A stretch of DNA of 64,000 nucleotides from an uncultured archaeon (GTDB lineage: Archaea; Asgardarchaeota; Heimdallarchaeia; Heimdallarchaeales; Heimdallarchaeaceae). Both the position numbers and the translations under genes were made by a program. The stretch spans positions 1-64,000 of the forward strand of contig CAZHRF010000003.1 of NCBI GenBank assembly GCA_964534625.1, given 5' to 3'. A model generated the notes under the pieces. It did no database searches and had not been told where the DNA came from. It saw only the letters and a list, made by a program, of their open reading frames with translations. Positions 31,078 through 40,492 of this stretch are shown here, piece after piece; positions within the stretch are counted from its first letter, which is position 1; every line of letters begins with the position of its first letter.

Positions 31078-32343
31078 TCAAGTGATTCTTCCAAATGCTG
31101 ATTCAACCATTTCTTGATATGTATCTTTTGCTTTAATTAATTCCAATTTCACGCCATTCAACTGGTATATTGTTGGTCGAGGATATCCAAACTGCTCACT
31201 CATTGACAATGTATATGCTCCGCTATTAACAATCACCAGATTATCCTGCTCATTTATCTTAAATTTCACAGCATCATTAGATAAAACGTCAACAGGTAAA
31301 CATAAAGGCCCACCAATATTGCAATAATGTCCCTCTCCCTTATATTTTACAGGGAATGCTTCATATATTGTATATCGCATGGGGATAAGGATATTAGCTC
31401 CAACATCAATAAAAGCCCATTTTCTCCCCCAAGACTTCTTTGTTCTCAGTACTTTTGTAATCGTTATAAAACTATCAGCTACCATGTAACGCCCTAATTC
31501 AAATAGTATTTTCTTGTCATCTATATTGTCAATCTTTGTACTTATTTGCTCACTAAGTTTATCGAGACTGAAATCAGTCCTATCAAGGAAACTTTTGCTC
31601 GCTAATCCTCCTCCAAGATTGATATCATCTAATAGAATACCTTCATTTTGTAATTCGCGTACATATTCATTTAAAAATGACAAAAGCTCATCATAAAATT
31701 CATGTGAGGTTAAATTAGTTCCCAAATGGACATGAACCCCCTTTGCATTTAGATAAGCACTTCTTTCAATGTATTTGTATAATTTTTTTGCCCGCTTATA
31801 ATCTATTCCCAGTTTGCTATTCTTCTTTATAAGTAACTTATTTTCTAATTTTTTACTTAATTTTGGATGTATTCTAATAGTTACATCTCTTTTGAGATTA
31901 AAATTTTGACATAATTTTTCTATTTCTTTTATCTCATTAATAGATTCTACATTAATAGATCCCACTTCATTTTTGATTGCATAAGTTAATTCTTCCATCG
32001 TTTTACTTGGCCCATTGAATATTAAGTCACCATACTCAAAATGACTTTTTTTCGCCAATAACATTTCAAAGTAAGACATTACCTCAAGCCCCATGTGTAA
32101 CTCTTTTGCTGTTTCCAGAACTTTACCCAAGTAATTTGCTTTCACTGCATAACTAATAAAATGATTTGGTACATGTTTATCAAGTGCCTTCTTAAAATCC
32201 GTATAATTTTCTTTAAATCGTTCTTGAAGAAATATAAAAAACGGAGTATTATAACCTCCAATTATCTTTTCTATTGGATTACCATAAAGTTGTAAATCAT
32301 TCTCTTTATACTTAAGATATGAATACGTCTGCAAATTTTCCAT
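31078..32343 (-). CDS. PLP fold-III decarboxylase (LysA/ornithine decarboxylase family)
   Basis: YAVKAN, FNGPSK, HVHLGT, NLGGG, GPLC, GAY; substrate uncertain. Confidence 0.85.
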   Translation of the reverse strand: MENLQTYSYLKYKENDLQLYGNPIEKIIGGYNTPFFIFLQERFKENYTDFKKALDKHVPNHFISYAVKANYLGKVLETAKELHMGLEVMSYFEMLLAKKSHFEYGDLIFNGPSKTMEELTYAIKNEVGSINVESINEIKEIEKLCQNFNLKRDVTIRIHPKLSKKLENKLLIKKNSKLGIDYKRAKKLYKYIERSAYLNAKGVHVHLGTNLTSHEFYDELLSFLNEYVRELQNEGILLDDINLGGGLASKSFLDRTDFSLDKLSEQISTKIDNIDDKKILFELGRYMVADSFITITKVLRTKKSWGRKWAFIDVGANILIPMRYTIYEAFPVKYKGEGHYCNIGGPLCLPVDVLSNDAVKFKINEQDNLVIVNSGAYTLSMSEQFGYPRPTIYQLNGVKLELIKAKDTYQEMVESAFGRIT

Positions 32344-32460
32344 ATATATTCATCCACTATTACTTACTAAACTACTTTATTAATAAATCAAACTATGACA
32401 GAAAATAGTTTAATTGTCTTCATACAGTACATTTTAGAAATACCTCTTTAATATTACCCT

Positions 32461-33615
32461 ATGAAACGAGAGACATTTATCGAACAACTTAATCATGTTC
32501 AGAAAAATGTCAACTTAGCGGAAGGTTTACACGGTCTTATACGCGTTTTAGCCTTAATTGACCGAATACCAGGCACAGGAACAAAAATTCTTTCTCAAAA
32601 AAGTAATTTGCCAGTTCCACTAGTTGTAGCAATAATAAATGAGTTCTTAAGTGTTGGTTGGTGTAAAAGGGCTTATGGCAACTACATAACCGATAAAGGC
32701 AAAGAAGTAATTGAAACTTTAGGTGGAACAAATAGAAGATTTATTTGTACGAATTGTAATGGTTATGGATATGTTTTTCCTTTAGAGCAGTTTACTGATA
32801 AGTTAACTATTTACAAGAAATATACAAACATGCGAGGTAAACCAGACACTACAATTGATCAATCATTTGCTACAGCTGAAACTAGTTTAAAACGAGTATT
32901 GTTCATGATTCATAATTATGATCTTTTCATCAGTAATTGTGCATTTATTGGAGATAGTGACTTAACAAGTATTGTATTAGCATTGTTTGCACCCAAAGAT
33001 ATTAGAATCACTGTTTTTGATATTGATGTGAGAATAAGAAAAATTATTGAACAAGCAAATTCCGATCTTGATCTAAACATTGAGTTTGTTGAACATAATC
33101 TAAGAGAACCGATTCCATCTCAATACCAAAAGAAGTATAGTTGTATCAACACCGATCCCCCCTATACAATTAATGGTTGTGATTTATTTGTCTCTCGTGC
33201 ACTTGACCTTGTTGATAAGAAACTTGGTGGAACGATTTATCTTTCGTTTGTTAACAAACCGCCTTTACAGATGCTAGATATTCAAAAGACACTAGTAAAT
33301 AAGGGATGTTTAATTACACATATCATTCCCCGTTTTAATGAATATATTGGCGCACAAAAAATAGGCGGCGTTTCTACTCTCTTCCGTATGAGAGTTCAAA
33401 AGTTACCTATCCAACCAATTGATTTTTATGACTGTCCAATCTATACTGGACAGAAGAACCCTTTAGTCAAATTCTATCGCTGTAAAAACTGCGGAACAGT
33501 TATTAAAATAGGTGTGAAAAAAAATATTAAAACTATTGAAGAACTCAAGAAGACAGGATGCAATAATTGTGGTGCTAAAACTTTTTTGAAAATAAAGGAA
33601 GAAAAAGTAATTTAG
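32461..33615 (+). CDS. bpsA: Branched-chain polyamine synthase BpsA-like (DUF43) with extra HTH and zinc-ribbon domains
   Basis: DQSFAT.ET, GDSDLTS, DID.R, TDPPYT..G..LF.SR; CxxC pairs at the N- and C-termini. Confidence 0.78.
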   Translation: MKRETFIEQLNHVQKNVNLAEGLHGLIRVLALIDRIPGTGTKILSQKSNLPVPLVVAIINEFLSVGWCKRAYGNYITDKGKEVIETLGGTNRRFICTNCNGYGYVFPLEQFTDKLTIYKKYTNMRGKPDTTIDQSFATAETSLKRVLFMIHNYDLFISNCAFIGDSDLTSIVLALFAPKDIRITVFDIDVRIRKIIEQANSDLDLNIEFVEHNLREPIPSQYQKKYSCINTDPPYTINGCDLFVSRALDLVDKKLGGTIYLSFVNKPPLQMLDIQKTLVNKGCLITHIIPRFNEYIGAQKIGGVSTLFRMRVQKLPIQPIDFYDCPIYTGQKNPLVKFYRCKNCGTVIKIGVKKNIKTIEELKKTGCNNCGAKTFLKIKEEKVI

Positions 33616-33665
33616 ACAAGCTTGATGTGGATATCCTTTTTATACTCTTTCCCTAAGTATAAGTT

Positions 33666-34334
33666 ATGAAATTGCCAAGTAACATACATATTATTGGGAC
33701 GCGTGCAAAGTCTTATCTTATTGAACGTGAAGATTATGCCATTCTTATTGATACTGGTAGATCAAAAAATGCCAAAAAAATTATTCAAAAAATAAAAGCC
33801 TTTTGTCACAATAAACCCTTAAAAACAGTATTTATCACTCACTCCCATCATGATCATATAGGCGGATTGGAATCAATAGGTCAATTATATGGACCTAAAA
33901 TTGTGTGCCACAAAAAAGAAAAGAAATACATACTAAATGCAGCTCATTTTAAAAAACATGGTTTTAAAGGGTTTAGTCTTTATTTATTTCACAAACTTAA
34001 AAGAATCGGGTACACGGTAGATCAAGTTGTAACTGATTATGATGTAGTTGATGAGATGAAGATTTTTCACGTTCCTGGTCATACTGAAGGAACTATTGCT
34101 ATTGAAGAACCACGTTCTCATGCTTTGTTTGTTGGTGATTCTATTAATATAAACCAAAAAGGTACAAAAATCAAACCACCTTCAAGATTGTTTTCCTTTG
34201 ATTATAAAACAGCAATTTCCTCATCAGTAAGATTACTCAAACATGCAACTCCCAAATATATTCTTCCAGGTCATGGTTCTGTTCTATACACACCTGAACA
34301 GGCAATTAAAAGTTATTTGGAGAAATATGATTAA
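33666..34334 (+). CDS. Metallo-beta-lactamase-fold hydrolase
   Basis: THSHHDHIGG, PGHT, GD, PGHG. Confidence 0.88.
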   Translation: MKLPSNIHIIGTRAKSYLIEREDYAILIDTGRSKNAKKIIQKIKAFCHNKPLKTVFITHSHHDHIGGLESIGQLYGPKIVCHKKEKKYILNAAHFKKHGFKGFSLYLFHKLKRIGYTVDQVVTDYDVVDEMKIFHVPGHTEGTIAIEEPRSHALFVGDSININQKGTKIKPPSRLFSFDYKTAISSSVRLLKHATPKYILPGHGSVLYTPEQAIKSYLEKYD

Positions 34335-34429
34335 GTATTTGTTAATAATATTAGGAAATAGACGATATCATTTATGTTTGATTTAGGATAAACAGCACTT
34401 TTATAAGGGAGTAGTTTTTTTCAATGATA

Positions 34430-34710
34430 GTGGATACTGGAGAGTGGCCAAGTGGAACAGTCTAAAGTTAACCCCATGTAAGTTAAACAGGATAATAATG
34501 GGATATATAAGCAATAGTTTAGACTATTCGTGTAAGAAGAAACAGTTTTTACACATTTTTATTACTTCAAACTACTTGATTGGTTTTCTAATAAATCTCA
34601 TTGAAACATTCGCTTGGTCTTATCTATCTTGGTATTTACCCCCAAACAAAATTAGTCAATATTCATCAGAGCAGATTAATATACTACGTGTCCATACCAA
34701 GATCAGATGT
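34430..34710 (+). ncRNA. Candidate structured RNA or metG leader
   Basis: TATA-like TTTTATAA near 34399-34406; helices 34446-34456/34609-34619, 34455-34466/34518-34529, 34530-34538/34546-34554; alternative helix 34622-34635/34694-34708. Confidence 0.4.
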
Positions 34711-34745
34711 ATTTTCCTTATTATTCAGAGAGGTGTTAACAACAA

Positions 34746-36803
34746 ATGAGTGAAAAATGGATAATTACAGCAGCTTGGCCTTATTCAAATGCAGTGCCTC
34801 ATTTAGGTACTATGTTGCAATTGCTGAGTGGAGATGTTATCACCCGTTATCATAAAATACAAAAGCATGATGTTATTTATGTTAGTGGATCTGATAGCCA
34901 CGGTACACCAATTATAGTCGCTGCAGAAGCGGAAGGTTTGACTCCCAAAGAACTATCTCATAAATATCATAAGATTATTGTGCAATCTTTAAATGATTGG
35001 AATATCCAATTTGATAATTACACTATAACATACAATCCGGTTCATACTAAATTTGTTCAAGAGTTCTATAAAAAAATATACGATAACGGTTACATGAATC
35101 TTAAAGTTTCTCAACAATATTATTGTGAGAGTTGTTCTAGATATTTACCAGACAGATTTGTCGAAGGCACATGTCCCAAATGTGGTAAAATAGGCGCGCG
35201 CGGTGACCAATGTACAAATCCCGATTGCGAGATTCTTTTAAAGCCCACAGAATTAATAGAACCATATTGTGCTACATGTAAAAATCAACCAGTATTAAAA
35301 GAAACTGAGCACTTTTATTTCGATCTTCCTGCTTTTTCAGAACAACTCACCGAGATGATTAAAGATAACGACAACATTCCTTCTTTTGCAAAGCAAAAGG
35401 CTTTAAGCATGATTGAAGAAGGGTTAATCGAACGTCCCATAACCCGTGATCTTGACTGGGGTGTACCAGCAGAACCCATCTTTGGAGCAAAAGGTAAAAA
35501 TAAGGTGCTATATGTTTGGTCTGAAGCTGTTGTCGGATATATTTCCGCTGTTAAACAATGGGCAGAAGAGAAAGGAAGTGCTGCTCTTTTTGATCAATAT
35601 TGGCATAATTTAGAGACTAAAACAGTTTATTGTATTGGAAAAGATAATCTTATCTTCCATATAATTCTCTTTCCTGCGTTATTAATGGCTACAAAAGATG
35701 AATACCCGCTTCCTCATGCTGTGGCTACAACGAATTTTATAATGTTCAAGGAAGGACCTTTCTCCAAATCCTTAGGTATTGGTCTGTGGGTCGACGAAGC
35801 TATTGATATTCTTGCAGCAGATTATTGGCGATATTATCTCATTGCCAATCGACCTGAAGCTAAAGATAGTTACTTTGATTGGAAAGAATTTGAACGTACT
35901 ATTAATGTGGAATTAAATGACGTTATAGGCAATTTTATACATCGTACAACTACGTTTATTTCACGTTACTTTGGTGGAAAAGTTCCTAAAAGAGGAAAGT
36001 TAAAAAAAGAAGAGAAAGAGTTGTTAAGAGACATAGAAAAATCTATCGAAGAGTATACTCAGGCTATGAATGAATTTAAACTAAAAGATGCCACTAATAT
36101 TGCCTTAACTCTTGCTAGAAAAGGCAACTCATATCTATCTTCAACTCAACCTTGGCATTTAGTTAAAAATAATAAAGAATATGCAGCCACAGTGTTGAAT
36201 CTTCTTGCCAAAGTAACAGAAGTATTAGTAGTTTTATTATGGCCAATAATCCCAAATGCGACTCAGACAGTTTGGATGGCACTTGGGTTTAATGAGGATC
36301 TTGTTGTATATGGACTTGACGGGATAGATATTAACAATACACTTGAAGAACAAAATATAAATGAAATTACCCCCATCTTCCATAAGGTTAAAGAAAAGCA
36401 GCTATTAAAAAAGTTGGAGAGTTATAGAAAAAAAAATAAAGAAGAAAAGAAATTAAAAAAGGAGAAGAAGACTATGAGTGATAAAATTGCATATGAAGAT
36501 TTTCAGAAAGTACAGCTTAAAATTGCTACAGTCAAAAAAGCCGTACCTGTTGAAAAAAGTAGAAACTTAATGAAAATTATTGTAGATCTAGGTGAAGAGG
36601 AAAGACAAATTGTTGCTGGGATTAAACAATATTATGATGTAGAAGACTTAGTTGGGAAACAAATCGTTGTTGTAGCTAATCTAGAACCCGCAAAATTAAT
36701 GGGTATTAAATCAGATGGAATGCTTTTAGCAGCGGATCTTGATGGAGAACCAATTATCTTACATCCCGATAAAAAAGTACCAGCAGGCACTAAAATCAAA
36801 TAG
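34746..36803 (+). CDS. metG: Methionyl-tRNA synthetase with C-terminal tRNA-binding OB domain
   Basis: AWPYSN.VPHLG, zinc knuckles, ITRDLDWG, GKDN, FSKS; GAGGTG SD-like motif upstream. Confidence 0.96.
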   Translation: MSEKWIITAAWPYSNAVPHLGTMLQLLSGDVITRYHKIQKHDVIYVSGSDSHGTPIIVAAEAEGLTPKELSHKYHKIIVQSLNDWNIQFDNYTITYNPVHTKFVQEFYKKIYDNGYMNLKVSQQYYCESCSRYLPDRFVEGTCPKCGKIGARGDQCTNPDCEILLKPTELIEPYCATCKNQPVLKETEHFYFDLPAFSEQLTEMIKDNDNIPSFAKQKALSMIEEGLIERPITRDLDWGVPAEPIFGAKGKNKVLYVWSEAVVGYISAVKQWAEEKGSAALFDQYWHNLETKTVYCIGKDNLIFHIILFPALLMATKDEYPLPHAVATTNFIMFKEGPFSKSLGIGLWVDEAIDILAADYWRYYLIANRPEAKDSYFDWKEFERTINVELNDVIGNFIHRTTTFISRYFGGKVPKRGKLKKEEKELLRDIEKSIEEYTQAMNEFKLKDATNIALTLARKGNSYLSSTQPWHLVKNNKEYAATVLNLLAKVTEVLVVLLWPIIPNATQTVWMALGFNEDLVVYGLDGIDINNTLEEQNINEITPIFHKVKEKQLLKKLESYRKKNKEEKKLKKEKKTMSDKIAYEDFQKVQLKIATVKKAVPVEKSRNLMKIIVDLGEEERQIVAGIKQYYDVEDLVGKQIVVVANLEPAKLMGIKSDGMLLAADLDGEPIILHPDKKVPAGTKIK

Positions 36804-37047
36804 ATTACAAGAAGTCATCACCAATAACGCCACCTCTTTTTCTTTTTTAATAGCACTAACGCTTGTTTCGAGACTTTGAATTTACAGGAAGAATACTAAT
36901 ATATAAAAATCGTGTTTAAGCTATACTTTAATCGCATTTAATTAGGAGAAAATATCTGGCAACTTACACTGGAAATTACTCGGGTAATTTGTCGATATTA
37001 CATCTATTATTAATATCTATAAAATGTTATAGACTAAGTGATAAAAA

Positions 37048-37203
37048 ATGAAATTAGTAACAGTCCATGTTCCGGCTTCTTTCCTTCAAGATCTTGATGA
37101 ACTAGTAAGACAGAAAAGGTACCCAAATAGAAGTGAAGCTATTAGAGTAGCCATTCGAGACTTACTTAAAGATGAAGCTTGGGAAAGAAAAATAGCATAT
37201 TAA
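37048..37203 (+). CDS. 51-aa CdrS/aCcr1-like ribbon-helix-helix regulator (missed by the ORF track)
   Basis: Translated by hand: MKLVTVHVPASFLQDLDELVRQKRYPNRSEAIRVAIRDLLKDEAWERKIAY*. Confidence 0.88.
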   Translation: MKLVTVHVPASFLQDLDELVRQKRYPNRSEAIRVAIRDLLKDEAWERKIAY

Positions 37204-37354
37204 AGGAGAATATTCTATCATAAGTGAATAATGTCTCCACCCTTTATTTTCTTCACATCTTATTTTTACTCTAATATGTTAAGGATTTTTAATTTAAATT
37301 ATAGTAGAGTAACTCTGAAGGATTAAAATAAAGAAGGAGAGATAATTCAAAAAA

Positions 37355-37634
37355 GTAAACAAAAGAACTAAATGGTACGAAGATTAAAAAGAAAATCAAA
37401 GAAGTTTTTCCAATTCATCTACGAAATAGTCATATTGCTCCATACCTTTCTTCCAGAAATCAGAATCAGAAATATTTACACTCATTTCTTTACCCAACTC
37501 TTCAGGAGACTTACTACCACCAGCAGAAAGCAGATTTTTGAATTTTGGAATAAAGGATTGACCTTCTTCTTGATAAATCCTATACAAAGCGTAAAAAAAT
37601 AATTGAGCAAAAGTTTAGAATAATTATAGAAACG
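37355..37634 (-). pseudogene. Decayed duplicate of the pepF 3' end plus about 40 nt downstream (repeat copy A)
   Basis: Core 37396-37595 matches 40253-40452 with 8 mismatches in 200 nt; frame broken toward 37610-37634. Confidence 0.9.
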
Positions 37635-37699
37635 GGAGATAGATAGCGAATGTTTTTAACTTAAATACTTAGGTCTCATAATATTGAGTAAGAGATGAA

Positions 37700-40240
37700 T
37701 TGATGAAAGATAGTATGGGACAGTGGAACTCAACTACTAAAGAGAAGGGAGAGATATTCATCAAAAAGAGACTCGAGGATATAAATCGTCCTAAAATTAT
37801 TACTATACACAAATATATTCAAAAATCAGACCAAGACATATCAGCTATTTTCTCCCAAGAGATCAATCATCTAAAGAATTTTATTAGAATTACTGGACAA
37901 AAAAATGAAGAAGAAATAGTAGCTGTTGAATTTTTAAAATTACTTTTACAAAAAGTAAAAAAAAGAGATCCTTATATCAAGAATTTAGGTGAGTGGCCAA
38001 AATCAATATTGTTATTCTGGAGAGAATATTATAACTTACTAATCTTAAACCAAATAAATAAATTGAAATTGGGTAACTACAAAAACACCAGATATTTGAA
38101 AAAAGGTGAGCTAGAAGCACTACTAAGGTTATTTCTTCACTTCAGTGGAGTAAAACAAAAAAATTACACCCAAAAGCACGCAGAAAACTTGCAAAAAGTT
38201 TGGATAAAACTACATAGTAAATATGATATATTATTACAAAGAATCAATGAATTACAAATAGAGAATGTTCTTTTTGAAGGTTTAGACAAAGCCAACACTA
38301 CGGGTGGTCTAGATAATATTCAAATATATAAATTGTCTAAAAAAACAAAACTTGCTTATGTTTTTACAACACTAAAATTGGGAAATACTGCAAAAAAGGA
38401 GTTTTATTACTACCATCACACGAAAAGTGATGGGAATTATTCAAGTAAGTGGTATGAAAACTTCATTAAAGCAGGTTTGAAAAAAAATCTTGTCCAACAT
38501 ATCGATTCAATGTTGAAGAATTTACCATATATTTCTACTGAGAAAAAGAAATATATCAAACAATTGCTTCTACTCAGATACAGATTTGTACAAGATTCAA
38601 TGGGCGGAGATTTCTTAAATAAATTAAACCAGCAAAGTAAATTCAATTTAGAAAAATCCATTGCTAAATCTTTAGCTAATTCAAGAACCTATAAGTACAA
38701 TGTTAATGTCCATATGAATGGACTGATTAAGCTCAATCAATTGGTTGAGTTATTTCAGAATGGAGGAACAAGAAGAATTACTAAAAACAAGAACCAACAT
38801 CAAAGAGTTTCAAATGATGTCCTCTCCGCTATAGAAATGAAAATGAAAAAAGCAGAAAAAACTTGCAATTTTATAGTTCATGCAAGTTCATTTTATCCTC
38901 TTCTTGAAGTTGACAACAACCAGATTTATGTTAGTGTTAAAGGATTCAATCTGGAAAAATATAACAAGGGAAGTCAAGAGTATTTTATAGCTAAATCCTT
39001 AAATTCCTTAATTAAAGAGATATCAGAAAATACAGCCCAAGAATTTGGATCTAATCTAAAGATTCAGAAGTTTTTACAGAGTGATAAAACAATTGTTGAG
39101 CTTATCACAAATTATCAACGAAAACTATTGAATAGAATGATCAAAAGGGGATTTATTCAAGAATTCACAAACTATTGGGATGAAAAAAATAGTTTCTTTA
39201 CTTTTTCAACGATGTCAGAACAACCAGAAACAATAAATAAGGCAGTTTACAGAAAGTTACGAATATATAGTGTATTTCCATATGATATCATACAACATTG
39301 GGATTTTCCAACAAATAATACACTTAAAGAATTATTAAAAATAAATACCTTTCCATCAAAAATCTGGGAGGACTATCACAAATCAATTTTCCAGCTAATA
39401 AAAAGGAAAAATTTCAATAAAAATATGTTAGAAATTAAGGGGGAGTTTCAAAGTAATAATATCGACATAGATAAAAAGGGAATAGCAATTCTAAAGTCTA
39501 CTAGTTCTTTCATCTGCTTACCTGGTAGTGGAATGGGAAATGCACATCTGTTTTTTGGACAAAAAAGGGAAAAACTTGTTTTCACTTTTGTTGATGAACA
39601 AGGTAATGTACTAACTATACCAAAACGAAGTAGAGGCGTAGTATTATATTATGAGTTTAATCATAAACTAGAAAATAAAAAAAACGAGACATATGATGGA
39701 CTGATCTTACCACTATGGGTTAATTGGGATAATGAAATATTAAGAGTGAGATTTCAATGTGGTAAAAAAAGGATATTAAAATACTGGTTAAGTAATTTAG
39801 AGATGGAATATGGATTACCAAAGAATATTATTAATAAAATGAAAAATGGGGTCGTCTTAAATCAAGTTGATACTGAATTAATGGTTGTTTTTGTACTTAT
39901 TTGTCAAATATTCGTTAAAAACTGGGATATACATCTAGAAAAAATGTGGAAATCTCGAGAAATAAGAAAGTGGTTAAAAACGGAAAATGTTGAAGTATTA
40001 CGTGATAATGATAACAAATGGACATTTATCCATCAAAACACAAAAATGCAAGTATATCCTGCTATTGCAAAAAAAAGAGCTAAAGCCAATAAGCTTCAAT
40101 CAGGACCCTTTTTAATACCACATAAGAACAGTATACTTGGAAAGTATATTGATAATCTTGTGAAAAGGTTAAAGAAACTAATAAGAGAGAATCCAGATGA
40201 TGAAGCGGTAAAAAAAATAAGTAAATGGTACGAAAATTGA
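37700..40240 (+). CDS. Large Lys/Asn-rich orphan protein (846 aa)
   Basis: Long uninterrupted ORF with TATA-like sequence upstream; no family motif recognised. Confidence 0.8.
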   Translation: MMKDSMGQWNSTTKEKGEIFIKKRLEDINRPKIITIHKYIQKSDQDISAIFSQEINHLKNFIRITGQKNEEEIVAVEFLKLLLQKVKKRDPYIKNLGEWPKSILLFWREYYNLLILNQINKLKLGNYKNTRYLKKGELEALLRLFLHFSGVKQKNYTQKHAENLQKVWIKLHSKYDILLQRINELQIENVLFEGLDKANTTGGLDNIQIYKLSKKTKLAYVFTTLKLGNTAKKEFYYYHHTKSDGNYSSKWYENFIKAGLKKNLVQHIDSMLKNLPYISTEKKKYIKQLLLLRYRFVQDSMGGDFLNKLNQQSKFNLEKSIAKSLANSRTYKYNVNVHMNGLIKLNQLVELFQNGGTRRITKNKNQHQRVSNDVLSAIEMKMKKAEKTCNFIVHASSFYPLLEVDNNQIYVSVKGFNLEKYNKGSQEYFIAKSLNSLIKEISENTAQEFGSNLKIQKFLQSDKTIVELITNYQRKLLNRMIKRGFIQEFTNYWDEKNSFFTFSTMSEQPETINKAVYRKLRIYSVFPYDIIQHWDFPTNNTLKELLKINTFPSKIWEDYHKSIFQLIKRKNFNKNMLEIKGEFQSNNIDIDKKGIAILKSTSSFICLPGSGMGNAHLFFGQKREKLVFTFVDEQGNVLTIPKRSRGVVLYYEFNHKLENKKNETYDGLILPLWVNWDNEILRVRFQCGKKRILKYWLSNLEMEYGLPKNIINKMKNGVVLNQVDTELMVVFVLICQIFVKNWDIHLEKMWKSREIRKWLKTENVEVLRDNDNKWTFIHQNTKMQVYPAIAKKRAKANKLQSGPFLIPHKNSILGKYIDNLVKRLKKLIRENPDDEAVKKISKWYEN

Positions 40241-40492
40241 AAAGAAAAAAAATCAAAGAAGTTTTTCCAATTCATCTACAAAATATTCATATTGCTCCAT
40301 ACCTTTCTTCCAGAAATCAGGATCGGAAATATCTACACCCATTTCTTTACCTAACTCTTCAGGAGACTTACTACCACCAGTAGAAAGCAGATTTTTGAAT
40401 TTTGGAATAAAGGATTGACCTTCTTCTTGATAAATCCTATACAAAGCGTAAACAAATAATTGGGCGAAGGTATAAGGATAATTATAAAAACG
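40208..40492. repeat. Direct repeat copy B (pepF 3' end and end of the 846-aa ORF)
   Basis: Direct repeat of 37355-37634, offset 2857 bp in the core. Confidence 0.9.

Noticed and set aside
34439-34460. tRNA gene (GGAGAGTGGCCAAGTGG resembles a D arm) or canonical T-box
   Set aside because: No T arm or acceptor partner found; no GGTGGNACC T-box antiterminator consensus
37355-40492. Diversity-generating retroelement TR/VR pair
   Set aside because: Mismatches are mostly transitions and fall on all four bases rather than being adenine-specific, and there is no reverse transcriptase in the window
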